A stretch of 63,410 bases of DNA, the filler included, from Bigelowiella natans CCMP2755 (taxonomy: Eukaryota; Protista; Cercozoa): the NCBI GenBank assembly GCA_000320545.1. It is 6 parts of 6 records of this genome, joined end to end, with 100 filler letters (N's around TTAATTAATTAA, not from the genome) between each part and the next. Parts side by side here need not be neighbours in the genome. Positions count along the whole stretch, not along the records: positions 1 to 31,023 come from ADNK01003461.1; positions 31,124 to 51,812 come from ADNK01000358.1; 4 more parts are not named here. The stretch is one strand, 5' to 3'. Under the pieces are notes generated by a model. That model did not search any database and had not been told where the DNA came from. It saw only the letters and a list, made by a program, of their open reading frames with translations. Below, piece after piece: positions 26,797 to 38,790 of this stretch. The position numbers and the translations under genes are program-made. How positions within the stretch are numbered: position 1 is the stretch's first letter; the number at the start of each line of letters is the position of its first letter.

Positions 26797-28392
26797 TCAG
26801 CAATCTGTCTTTTTCTCAATCCTGCTGGTTGCGGAGGAATCGGCCTCAGTGTTGTTGTCAGCATGCACAACAGCACTTCTGGGAGTTGTGGCACTAGTGT
26901 TTCCGATTTCGACAACGGACGACACCGGCGGCTTGCTGGCGATGATCCTTTGCAAGGAGCCAATGGCGTGTATGGCGGCTGCAGCTGCTCCCCCAGCAGA
27001 TGACTTCTCGTCTACCTTGTCCTCGCTGCTACCCCCCCCTTCCTGCGGGTAAGCTTTGAACCAGACACAAAGCGTGACGTTGGCTCCTATTGCAAACAGC
27101 ACCCCGATGCCCCAGGGAATCCATGCTAGTTTCAAGTTGGTATCTCCCTCGCATTCCCCCCCTGCTCCAACTTCATTGAAAATCGCAGCATAAATCGGTG
27201 TGAAAACCGCGGTGGCGACGTTGGCGACGGTGGCCACGGCGCCCATCACACGCCCCATGTTCTCCTTGGCTATTCTCTCACTGATCAGCGCATTGTATGC
27301 AGGAATCCCGACGATTGTGAGGGCGAGGCAGGTGATACCGAGGAAGAAGAAGGCGCGATGAATGGGAGAGAAGCAGAGAATGAAGAGACCGATGAGAACC
27401 GATGTTAGGGAAATCCGCAGTGTTCGCCTGTTGCCAAACGCTCTAATCAAGATCGGCGAAGCGCATGCGGCCAAGAAAGCGAGAGAACCGACAGCAAACC
27501 CAATGACAACGGCCTGCGTTTGCGTGTATCCATACGCCCCGATTACGTATCCACCGGCGATTGTTGTGACGGCTGTTGCCGATATGACGCAAAAGACCAT
27601 GACGCCCACATATTGCATGAAAGGGTCCCCATAGAAGACGTTCAGAGCATAGAGCGGCGATAGTTTCTCCCACTCTAAGGGGGAGGGGCTGGTGTTTGTC
27701 TCGCGGAGAGAGAGGGGGAGGAGGAGAGCTCCCGCAGCCATCAAACTAGCAAGGGCCGTGAAAACAGGGGCATAATCGTATGGATTCCGCGCAATAACTG
27801 CGACCGAGATCGAGACCAGCACAACGCCTGCACACAGAATGCGGTATACTATCATGCTGCCAAAGACGTAGCCCCTCCCCGTCGCGGTCGTGAACGTGTC
27901 GGTCACGCTTACATTGAGGATGGTGGAGAATGAGTCCGTCAGGCCGAGTAGTAGCACTGATAGCATCACTAGAGGAACGATGGAGTTTCCCTTCCCAGCA
28001 AAGGCAGCTCCTGCGAGGACGAAGAGAGAAGCGCTGCCCCCTCCAAAGCTCACCAAGTACGGCACATTGCGGCCGAGCGTATCAGCCAGTACACCGGCTG
28101 CGGGGAGGCATAAGAGCTGTCCGAATTGCTCGATCCCTTCTGCGATTCCTTTGATCAGCGTGGCCTCTCGTGCCACTTTGCACCGGTCATTGCAGTACTT
28201 TGACCCGCTCCAATCCCCCGAGCTCCTGTCAAAATCGTCGGGCGTCTGCTCTCCACAGTCGATGGTGGTGCGGAGGAAGAAGAAGAACAGCGCGTTACGC
28301 CCTACGTGCGCAGCTGCATAGAGTGCCGCGTAGATCATGAATGGCCACATGCGCGAGAGGAACGTGCACGGCGTGGCCTCCGTCTCCTCCAT
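26797..28392 (-). CDS. Intronless major facilitator superfamily transporter (TetA/MFSD14-like)
   Basis: 531-aa ORF with about 12 hydrophobic helices. MFS motif A GVLADTLGR, repeated as RAFGNRRT. Also ISERIAKENMGRVMG. Confidence 0.9.
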   Translation of the reverse strand: MEETEATPCTFLSRMWPFMIYAALYAAAHVGRNALFFFFLRTTIDCGEQTPDDFDRSSGDWSGSKYCNDRCKVAREATLIKGIAEGIEQFGQLLCLPAAGVLADTLGRNVPYLVSFGGGSASLFVLAGAAFAGKGNSIVPLVMLSVLLLGLTDSFSTILNVSVTDTFTTATGRGYVFGSMIVYRILCAGVVLVSISVAVIARNPYDYAPVFTALASLMAAGALLLPLSLRETNTSPSPLEWEKLSPLYALNVFYGDPFMQYVGVMVFCVISATAVTTIAGGYVIGAYGYTQTQAVVIGFAVGSLAFLAACASPILIRAFGNRRTLRISLTSVLIGLFILCFSPIHRAFFFLGITCLALTIVGIPAYNALISERIAKENMGRVMGAVATVANVATAVFTPIYAAIFNEVGAGGECEGDTNLKLAWIPWGIGVLFAIGANVTLCVWFKAYPQEGGGSSEDKVDEKSSAGGAAAAAIHAIGSLQRIIASKPPVSSVVEIGNTSATTPRSAVVHADNNTEADSSATSRIEKKTDC

Positions 28393-28704
28393 CCCCGCCC
28401 CTTCTCCCGATTTTCTCTTTCCTCCAGACTCCTCGGTCTCGCTGGGGATAAGGAAGGAAGAACGTGTTGGGGGTCAGAAGGAAGGAGAGGCTAGTAGTCG
28501 CAAATGATGGCCCGAGCGAATATTCGACGATTCTGGCCGCGCAAAAGTCAACAGAAATACGAATTCGCAGCTTGTAGGGCTCTATGTGTTGCAGGGGGCT
28601 TTGTTACCAGGATGAACGACGCGTCCCGTCGGATTGGCTTTCGCTCGCTTTCCCATTCATGGCGATTTTCTTATCCCCCCGGACCCCAGCGCCCGCCCCC
28701 TCTC

Positions 28705-28710
28705 TATAAA
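28705..28710 (+). promoter_or_regulatory. Candidate TATA box
   Basis: TATAAA in a GC-rich context, preceded by a CCGCCC box, divergent from the MFS gene. Confidence 0.3.
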
Positions 28711-29955
28711 TCCCCTGCTCCACCTCCCCAGTCGCCGGATTGCCTCTAGTGCCTCCTGATAGCTGCATTTCGAGGAGAGGATGAAGTTGCAATGGAGGGC
28801 GGCGCAATGCCGGCTTCGCGTTCGGAGTCGCTTGAAAAGTGGAGCAGCTGAGCGAGGGGGGAAAGGAAGCGATTCTGGAACGTTTTTAAGCCGTAAAATA
28901 TCGTACATCAGAAGGACACGCACTGACAGGCGTTCGTTACCACCACACTGTGAGCAGCTTCGGTTACATGACGAGGGCAGGACCGACGATTGGCCCGGCT
29001 GTAAAAACGATGTGATGCGACCTGAGTTTTCGCACTGCGACACGTTTTTATTCCTTGTCGCTTTAGGAAAAATCCAGGTGTTTTCCCCGTCACATCCGAG
29101 AGAGCTACCGCTACGTAGCAGAGGCCGCCAGCAGCTTGTGCTTCAGGATGCCAAAATGTTTCGAAAATGCATGGGTTTTTATGCCGAAAATAACGGAGGT
29201 TTGTTGTCTCAGAGGATCGAACGGCAAGGGAGCAGATTCACGGCAAATGACACTGATTGTTCACTCCCTGCGATGCGAGTCAGCCTTTTCGCAGGAGCCA
29301 GAAAGCATTCGCGGACAACAATCCGGACAGGGCACTGCGATCTTTTGGGTGCCTGGCCATGCTGGAAAAAGGCTTTGTGTTTCACATGTATTTCCCATGA
29401 TGTCCGATGGTGCGAGCAAAATGCTGAACGAACAAGTGCCAGTCCTGTGAACAGGTCTGCAGAGGTGTGATGTTGTGCAATCTGAATGACAGACACAGCA
29501 ATGTCACATGTAGTACACACATTGTGTTACATGTCTATCGGAACCCATACTTATCATATATCATATAATAGACTCAGCAATATCACGTGTGGTGTGCACG
29601 TTGCACATTGCATGTCCATCATCTGATGCTAGGATGCTGCACAATCCCCCCCTAGCCCCCCGATCGAAGCCAATAACAAGTGGCACATGACCAATTTCAC
29701 ACTCACTATTGCGCCCCAGCATTTGACTGATGATCGAGCATGTATACGTGCTAAATAAGCTGCAGTGGCGCGAGATGTGTGTGGAGCGTGCTGTTCTGCA
29801 CACGTGAGCATGTTCCTGTTGGGCATAACAACCGTGTACGCATCACATGTGCACATTATCAAGCTCGAAGAACATTCTTGCCTAGTCATTACAAAAACCT
29901 TATATGTGTCATGTAACGCAAGCACATCTGGACATCGCGTCAAGGGGATTTCGAA

Positions 29956-30966
29956 TCATCCATAGTAGTCGGCAGCCTCCTCAATCTCCTCGCCGATTTC
30001 ATCCTCGATTCCCCTTCCACCACTCTTCTCGTCCTCCATGCTGCAATTGGGAGGGATAGTAAAGACAACGAGTATGAATTATTAAGGAAATCATAGCATA
30101 AAAATACAAAAATCTTCGAGGATATCAAGCTTTGATGCTGCTCACCTGTTCCCGGTTGCATCGCAAATCGTGCGAATGATCTTAGCATCGAGATAGGGCT
30201 GGATTGCTATATTCCTCGCCTTCATCTGTTTGATGATCTTCATAGCTTCTTGCATATTGTCCTTGGCGTAGTAGTGCTCAGTGAGCAACTAAGAACAAAA
30301 GAACGGAACAGAAAAAAAACGAGAAGATGTTAACACTAGATTCACCACATTCACCCCCCCCCCCCCCCCCTCCCCAGCTTCTCATCTTCAATTTACCGCA
30401 AATACGTCGCCAACACGGACCGCTTGCTCGACGTCCGGAGCAGCAATCAGCCTCTCACAAATGGCCACCATCTATGTAGCAGCACAAAATCGCCTCAGAA
30501 ATACACTCATGCATGTCACTGAAAGGTTCTATGTGCGTTTTTTGATTGATTGACTGGCTGAAGAGAGGGGGCTCGTCGTCATCGTAACCAACAGATATAA
30601 TAACATATATAATAATGGTGATTGAGTACCTCGGCAGGGTTGAACCCCATTATCTCTCGGGCTTTCACGAAGCTCTCGACGTGTTTAATGCGGCGCTGCA
30701 GCGATGCGACCTTGCTCTCTTTATCGAGAGCCTTCTTCGACTTTGAGATGTACCTTTTTCAAGTGCGGAAATTCCGTAAGAGAGATGATGCATAGTGCGA
30801 AATAGGGGAAAGAGAGAGGGGGGGGGGGGATGGAGGGGCGAATTGGAGTTGCGGTCCCCCCCCCCTCTCGCCTCGGACGAGAAAATAGGGAAATAAACTG
30901 TTACTTGTTCGCTTCTTTCAGCGCTCCAAGCGCCTTGACGTAGTCGCGATATTCATCGATTTCCAC
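29956..30966 (-). CDS. IFT140: Intraflagellar transport protein 140, last five exons (truncated by contig break)
   Basis: Spliced VEIDEYRDYVKALGALKEANK-YISKSKK...RIKHVESFVKAR...AVRVGDVFA-LLTEHYY...IQPYLD...IEDEIGEEIEEAADYYG*. VEIDEYRDY and RVGDVFA are characteristic of the IFT140 C-terminus. Confidence 0.92.
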
Positions 30967-31023
30967 CTACGCAGTGGTAGATGATGATGAAGATGAAGAA
31001 GAGGAAAAAAGAGGAAAAAGCAT

Positions 31024-31123
31024 NNNNNNNNNNNNNNNNNNNNNNNNNNNNNNNNNNNNNNNNNNNNTTAATTAATTAANNNNNNNNNNNNNNNNNNNNN
31101 NNNNNNNNNNNNNNNNNNNNNNN
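31024..31123. other. Artificial contig linker
   Basis: 44 N + TTAATTAATTAA (stops in all six frames) + 44 N. Confidence 0.98.
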
Positions 31124-31451
31124 GCCACCGGCACTACTGTCTCTGCTGCACAACGGCAAGAATTTCATCAATGTTTCCGGTAGTATGTTATATTATTGGA
31201 CCCCCCCCCCCACAACAGGTCAGAGGCTGCTTTCTGAGAGAACATGGCCTCATCAGCTCTATGATGGATTGATGTTTCACGTAGTAGTTTGCTGTTACCA
31301 AGCCTTACGCCTTCCACCATTTTATCGAAAGCTGATGGGAGAGGGGAGGGGGGGAGGGGGGGAGGGGGGGCGAGGCGGGAGAGAATTTTAAGGAGAAACA
31401 ATCGAAATCATTATCTAGCTACTTCAATTATCACTGCTACAGCTTCTACTG

Positions 31452-31484
<33 letters not shown>

Positions 31485-31584
31485 GCACGTGAGCCACCTT
31501 TTGCACAACGGGAGCATAGTAGCACCTTCTCCTCGTTCTGCAGACACATCCAAAGCTAAATGGCCACAAAGGGCAAATCACACA

Positions 31585-31623
<39 letters not shown>

Positions 31624-31682
31624 GCATGCATTCCGTTATAACGACGTTTGGACAGAACAAATGCAGCATGTTCGCCTCTTGC

Positions 31683-31722
<40 letters not shown>

Positions 31723-31821
31723 CCCCTCCCCCTCTCACCCATGTTGCGTCGGAGGGCAGGTATCGTGTTAGCGTAGGGGAGACCAAATCGCGAGAAGTAG
31801 CACGAAGCGAAGCCCTGTATG

Positions 31822-31879
<58 letters not shown>

Positions 31880-32084
31880 ACATTATAATATGTAGGGATA
31901 CTATTCATTCGATAAAACGTATACATCCACGCCTCGTTCCTCCTCTCTGAACGGGCAGGACGGACGCGGCGGCGTGGGTCATGGGGGAGGGGGTGCGTTT
32001 CGTGTGTTGATTGATCTCCATTACGATGTCTCGACTCCGCACTTTGTACATCGCCCAGTCAGGCTGATTATAGAGCATATTAGA

Positions 32085-32118
<34 letters not shown>

Positions 32119-33240
32119 AATCGAGCAAAAACAAGGGATTCCAAGATATAATAATAGGGGTGGAAGGGAGCGGGGGATTGGGGGCGAGCGAGCGTTCACG
32201 CCGTCAATCGCGTTATTATTTGCCGGTTTTTTTGTAAGATGTCTATCGATTACAAAGGCCTGCATTTCTGCTTGTCGCATCGAAGGCCTGGGAGAGAGAA
32301 AGAAAGTTAATCAGAAGAGAATCACCGGCGGCCCATACGGACGGGTTTCAATAGAGAACATGATCATCATATCATCATCGTTATCGTTGTCATCATCAGG
32401 TCTTTCTCTCCTCATCACCTCTCTTTCCCTCCTTTAGGTGGCTTCTTTGCCGCATTTTCCCATGCTGAACGCACATTGCCAATTCCCTGAAAGGGGGGGG
32501 GGGGGGAAGTAAGGGGGGGGCGGGAGATGTTGCTGTTATAGATATTCATTCCACCTTCGATCATCCAACAAGAGTTTCATGGCACTTTGATCATAACTAC
32601 AACTTATACTACTATTTATGTTCATTACGGTCTCTCGTCGCAAGGATGCTTTTTCCTGCAGTTGTACTCGCCACTCCTCAAGTCCAGCCTCATGAACCTC
32701 TTGCTCCGCACCCTGAGATGGTCCGAAAAGGGAAGAGGGAGAGGGAGGGAGTGAATGAGTGAGAGAGAGAGAGAGAGAGACGCGAGAAAAAGAATTGGAA
32801 AGTGATGATGATGCAGGCATTGGTACGTCATGGGATCTTTGCAGGAGCTGATAGAGAGAAGAAGATGAAGAAGATGATGATGAGCGTGTGTCGTGGTATG
32901 TTCTAATGGGGCGAATTCGATTCATTTCTTTCATTGAACTTCACTCACTCGCCATGCTTAGCGCAGGTAGCTTGGCCAGCAGTCATGTTCACTTGCGCGG
33001 TGGAAACACGAAGTCCTGAGAAGGAGGGGAGGGGGGCAGCATGGTGATGATGCGCTCATTTTTCCGAAGTACTGAAGACTTCGTCTTTTTGGAGAAGTAA
33101 GTAGCCGAGAGGAAGGCCAAACGCTCCTCATAGAGTGAACAAAAATGCAGGTTGGAGGGAAACGTTTCTAATGTATGCGAGTCGTGTGCGTGCGTGTGTT
33201 TGTGTCTTTGCCGTTGCATAGTCGGCGCCTGCGTGCGTGC

Positions 33241-33272
<32 letters not shown>

Positions 33273-33828
33273 TGATTTCATGGAGAGAAGGCACCTCTTC
33301 TTCCAGCTCTGAGACGCAAGAGCTCCATTAACCGGGAAGATGATAATGATGATGATAACGATGATGGCGACGACGATGATGGGGGTTGCGATGATAGTGC
33401 CGCGCCCTAATTTACGCATCCATAAGAACTCTACAGTACGAGAATAATAACCTATTTACGAAGTCAGTCCCGGGTAACCTCCCACCTGCTCTAAGCGGGC
33501 TTTAAGTATGCTTCCCAGCGGCTGCTCGTCTATGCCTGATCAGAGGTGCGGGTGTCGTTACACGTTGGATCCGAACAAGAAAGGAGGGGGGGATGCTCTA
33601 TCGCGGTACCTCGAAGATGGTTCCCAGACGCCGCCGCTAACAAGCCGAACGCATTTGTGACCAACACCTGTTTGCAAATCGAGATTGAATTTTCACTGAG
33701 GGCGGCTTACCACAGGTACGGGGAACAAATCCTTCTACTACCAGTGCCATTAACGCAGGCGCGGTGATGATGCGCCGACTCGCGGTGATGCGGCTTGCCT
33801 TTGAAGAAGGTTTGCCGAGACCCGACAT
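31124..33828 (-). CDS. Multi-exon hypothetical protein with two C-x2-H-G-x2-R Cys/His repeats and a paired-CxxC (HNH-like) module; 3' end cut by the linker
   Basis: In-frame spliced core TCAKHGEVRSKRFMRLDLRSGEYNCRKKHPCDERPELAMCVQHGKMRQRSHLKEGKRGLRCDKQKCRPFLTGRCTKCGVETSASLRATSRDLVSPTLTRYLPSDATWLWMCLQNEEKVLLCSRCAKAFDKMVEG. The 5' exons and ATG 33828 are less certain. Confidence 0.6.
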
Positions 33829-34491
33829 CTTCCCTCCCTTCACCTTTTTGCGCCATAGTAGCAGTGCCAAAGTTAGTCAACCTCCTCATGGTGCAGCGCG
33901 CGCGGATGGTTGGATCTTTTTCTAGATGGATGTTCTCACCTCAAACGGGAACAGTGCGGGCGCTACAGCAACTCCTGGAGTGGCTCCACTCGCGCTCTGG
34001 CACATCATAGGAAATAAAATGAGTGACTCAAAATGAGAGAAACTTCTTTAACCCCCGAACGAAAAGAATCCACACATTCCCCCCCCCCACCACCCGGAGC
34101 ACAGTTTCAGTCCAATTTGCCGTGGATTTTGGACCAGATTTTATCCAGGATATATCCGAAAAGGAATATTCTCCACTTGCAATTCTCCGATAGATATATT
34201 TTTGACGATTTCCAAGATCATTTTTTAGAAAATATATCAGGCCAATCATACCTTAAGGAGCTGTCCGGGTGGCAGGAGCCGCTAGCAACAGAATTCTCTT
34301 TTTCTAGGTAAATCCGAAACGAAGAATATCCCAGATTATCGTTTCGAGTTCTTCAAGCTGCTGCTAGTACATCACTAGGAGCCCGACGCTCTGTGTTTAG
34401 TTCTTTTTAGGAACATTTAAATGCGAAATATATCTGAATACTCCTCCATTTTTTTTTCGGATCTGCAGAAATCAGGGCGGTTAGAGGAGTG

Positions 34492-35176
34492 ATGTCATCC
34501 TCGCCCCCCGCCCTCCCTCTGGTCGCCGCGGCCTCCACGACGGCCACCTCAGCTGTGAGGTGGAGCAAGGCCTCCCAAGACCGCCTCGTAGTCCTTGTCG
34601 CCGCTATGCTAGCGGGCTACTCGGCCCTGAGGATTCTGATGGCGTTCACCGGAAGCATGGCCGAGGCTGGCACCTCTCACAAAGCAGCAGCAACAGTTGC
34701 CGTCGGATCTGTGGGCGGGTCAATCTGGGGGTGGCTGTACTCATCTAATGCGATATATTACATTGGCTTTTTGCTCGGCAGCATCATCATATCCACACTA
34801 GTCCCTCACCCCTGGGTAAGCTCGTTGTTGTAAATTGAAGCAACGTGGAGACCGAACCGCACTCAATCTCCTTCCCCAATCACGCCAGGTTCGCCCGACT
34901 TACGGAGTCGACATTCTGAACAGCTTCGAGGTCGAGCGCACCCACGACCAATGACTGATGTAGGCTCATGCGCGAACATCACTAATAAACTTTGTCTTCA
35001 TATATATTTCCTTCGGCACAGTCCGAGATGAAGCTCGCAAGCAGCGACATCGCTCTCAACAGGGTCCAGGTCGTCGGAACGCATAACAGTGTCCACGTCG
35101 CAGGTCAGTATTCATATTCGAACGAACATTTTGCTAAGGATTTGTGCTTTGTGACCGTAGCTAAGCTCCATGGCTC

Positions 35177-35207
<31 letters not shown>

Positions 35208-36656
35208 AACTCCATCAGGCATGTTTTCGATTTTCATCCCGTACTGGCAATACACGCATCCCAGTCTGATCGACCAACTTAATACCGGGATTCGACATTT
35301 GGAAATTGACCTTTGGTAACTTCATATGCGCTTCCCTCGCCGAAACACACATTCTAGTCCCCCCCCCCCCCCCCACCCAAATAATCATCAAATTTGCGTT
35401 TTCCACACTCTGATCGCCACGCGTTATTCGCAGGTACAACAAGAGCTTCGGTATGTGGGAAGTTTGGCACGAATGCGTCGACAGGCTCACAGTCAGTGCG
35501 CCTTTGCTTTTGATATGTAATGATGCAATCGTGGGTGGAGGCGGTGCTGGGGGGGGTTCCAAGATGGTACTCTTAGGTCACGCCGTACTTTGATCTTAAA
35601 GGTAACACCATTGCTTCTCCGGGATGTGCTATCCCAGCTGTTCTCATGGTCTAAGTCGAATCAAGGTGATACATCCCCTGCCCCCCCCCCTCTGCCCGCA
35701 CTGTAGTGAGTAATAACTTGCTCAGAAACTAAGTTCAGATTTGAAAAGAAGTCTCTTCCGCCGGATTTACTCTCGTCCTCTCTTTCTCTACCCCTACCAT
35801 CCTCCGCCCTTTTCTTCCCATTCATCTGGTTTGCTCATTGCAAACTCTTCCGCAGTTATCAGAAGGGAAAATTGGAAAATTGCTCGTTGTTGGTTGATTT
35901 TTTATTTTCTCTCTCAGGCCACTTCCCACTCTCCATTAATTTGGATATAAAGGTAGTACGCAGCAGATGTTACCGGTCTTATCTGGGCCGAGTCATACTA
36001 ATCATCAACACTCGTCATCATTGCCATTGATGTCGTCGTCACCATCGCGTGTTGTGCAGGGCGCATACATCTCAGGAACAAGCTACCTGACGCCTTGGCT
36101 CCTTGGTAACTGGCAAATAAGAGGGGGGGAGGGAGGAGGAGGAGGAGGAGATTTTTTTTTCCAGTAGTAATAGATCACATAGCAGTAGCAGCAGCAGCAT
36201 CAGCTTCTTTTGCTTCGCTCCCAAACCGTAATCTTAGAATCATGGTAGCTCTAATTGCTCCCCAATCGCATTGCACCTCGAACAACGATCTTAATAACAC
36301 ATGCTGCACGCAGGACGAGGGTTCAGCCATTCTAAGGCGGACAGGCAGATCTTCCAGGTATAGGGAAGGACGTAGTAGCGCAGTAGCATCGTTCATAGAT
36401 TAGGCAATCTTCATTTCCCCAGAATCTTAAGCATTAGCAGCACCGATGGGCGTTGTCCTTCGACTCGGTGCAAGCAACCGGCTCGAGAAACAACGCACAT
36501 CGGCGGTTTTGGCTACATCGTAGCAAGTGCCGCACGGCCTGCTGATTTCTATGACCAATTAGGCGCTGGAGAGGGAGATTCTGGCGGAGTTTCCCATTCC
36601 AAACCTCCACACACCAGCGTCCATGCTTCTAGGGTACAGATAATAATAAGACACAA

Positions 36657-36689
<33 letters not shown>

Positions 36690-37695
36690 CATGACCACAA
36701 TTTGCACGTGCACACGCGTATCATCTCTTGCATATCACCATCACGAATCTATTTCATTGCCTGCCATCGAGACCTGCCCGCAAAACGTACCGGTGATTCG
36801 AGAATACATCGTGAAATCGCCGTCCTGCCGAGAAGGACACCGAGAGAATAGAGGCCGTATCTTAACCTTTGAAATATCATCTGTAGATCTGGCACGAAGA
36901 CCCTCCGCGAAGCGATTCAGAAAAGCGGCTGGCCTGCCGTTAACGCTCTGCGAGGAAAGACACAATTTCAGGTGCTCTATCCGTGGTTACTCTCCGTCTT
37001 ATTTCTTCTCCTCTTCTTCTTCCTCCTCCTCCTCCTCCTCCCCCTCCTGCTCCTCCGTCCTTGCTTTATCTCAGTTCTTTTTCACATTCCCTCATCATCA
37101 TCATCATCATCATCGTCGTCGTCATCATTGCCCACGCCATGTTTCAAATCAGCTAAATCTCAATGGGTGCCGGGCCAGTCTGAACACAGTATTTGCTTTC
37201 AGTCTTTATGTGTGAGTGGTGGACCCTGTCGCTGATTGATATGACCTATCTCCATTCCTTTCCCTCCCTCCCAGGTCATTCCTAGCAGCGTGTTTTTCAA
37301 GAGGGGGCACAACTTTCAGGACCCCGAGCCTGACGTGGGATGGTGAGACTTCGAAATGGAAACACCTATGAATTGGCCAAAGGATTGCTCATATCATGCG
37401 ACATAGGGCGGGGGGGGGGGGGGAATAAAGAGGAAACGATGGAGATATCAAGACCGTCATCCTCCATTTTGAAACTTAGGTTCGAAACGAACGACCCCGT
37501 AGTGACCAAAATCCTCATAGAGAAAGGGTGCGCAAATGAAGATGCTGCATTGAACATTATCTGACGACGAAACGAGAGAAAGAGAGGAGATACATCGTTT
37601 TGCTCGTACACACCGTGCAAGAATAGTTTTTCAGTGCTGTGAGAAGGGGGGAAGGGAGGGGGTACAGTCCCCCTGTGAATGTGCACACACAGAGA

Positions 37696-37733
<38 letters not shown>

Positions 37734-38100
37734 TGGATTTGTTTTTGGTCATTACATAGAAATTTATTCCTTTCTTTTTTGCCCCGACTTCTTTCCTCTC
37801 CCCATCCCCCTCTCACACCCACAGCTACTTTGTCCGGGCGCTCGATCCGCACAGCAAGTTCGGTGACACTGGAAAGAACCCGGTTGATGATACATGATAT
37901 CTGTCTCTTATCTTTCGAAATGCTCACGGTGAATGTCTGTTTACTCCTACTCGTCGTTGTCATCTTGTCCCTGTTCGTAGATGGCGCAGTATGTTGCGAC
38001 GAACCATCCGTCGTACTACAAGAGCGGCGTTCTAGTGCCTTTGAAAGAAATTGAGACCAAACGACAATCATCAGCCAGAGAGGATATAGAAACAGGTTAA
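34492..38100 (+). CDS. Ca2+-dependent phosphoinositide-specific phospholipase C-like protein (bacterial-type PI-PLC-C1 family) with N-terminal membrane helices
   Basis: Exons encode LNRVQVVGTHNSVHVA, YWQYTHPSLIDQLNTGIRHLEIDL, WEVWHE, HFPLSINLDIK, GYFVRALD and AQYVATNHP; TAA at 38098-38100. Two hydrophobic segments in exon 1. Confidence 0.8.
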
Positions 38101-38790
38101 CAGTTTTTTTAGAAATAATAGCGGTTGCCCCGCCAATTATGAGAGATAATCAAGGTAAAGGCTGCATCGGTCAACGCCGACCCACAACTACTTGTGCCAT
38201 GTAGGATGGTTAGTCTTTGCATACATAACAGTCAATTCTTCATCTGATGCAGAGCAAACAAGCTACTGCATTGTGTACATGTGTGTTTGTGTGCGCACCA
38301 ACGCCATCAATGGAAAGCTCTTTCACGCACAGCAGATCGAAATTGCTTGTACAGTGGCTACGTTGCATAGCCGCGGACACTGCAGGCAGCTTGTGACATA
38401 TGGACACGGTCATGCGTAGTACTACTGTGTAACACGCCACACATCGTTGCGATCTGCAAAACGCCCTACGATCAAGTGCCGCATGATCAAGCGCTTTAAC
38501 AGTTGAGACTCAGACTGTACTATGTGGCGCGCTGTTGTTCATGCCGTGTATACGTGTCGCGAGTGACTTGTTTGGATGGATCAGGTTTCTGTTATACTGT
38601 ACGTAGCTGCTAGTCTGCGCTACGGACAGCAATGATGTGAGATATAGCGGGCGATACATATGGTACTCTGGCCTATGCTAGTATGCAACTCATTATTGTT
38701 CATATCATGATGTAGCGAAAATTTTCCTGTCCCGGCTAAACCGGCTATGCATGTGCACAGGGCTCGCTCCTGTAATGACCCAGTAGCAAT

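Noticed and set aside
28700-29500. Structured ncRNA (snRNA, SRP, RNase P/MRP, telomerase RNA) behind the TATA box
   Set aside because: I saw no recognisable conserved motif or telomeric template; an Infernal/Rfam scan would be needed.
31068-31079. TTAATTAATTAA recurring five times
   Set aside because: Always centred in 88 N with identical layout: an assembly linker, not a biological repeat or CRISPR array.
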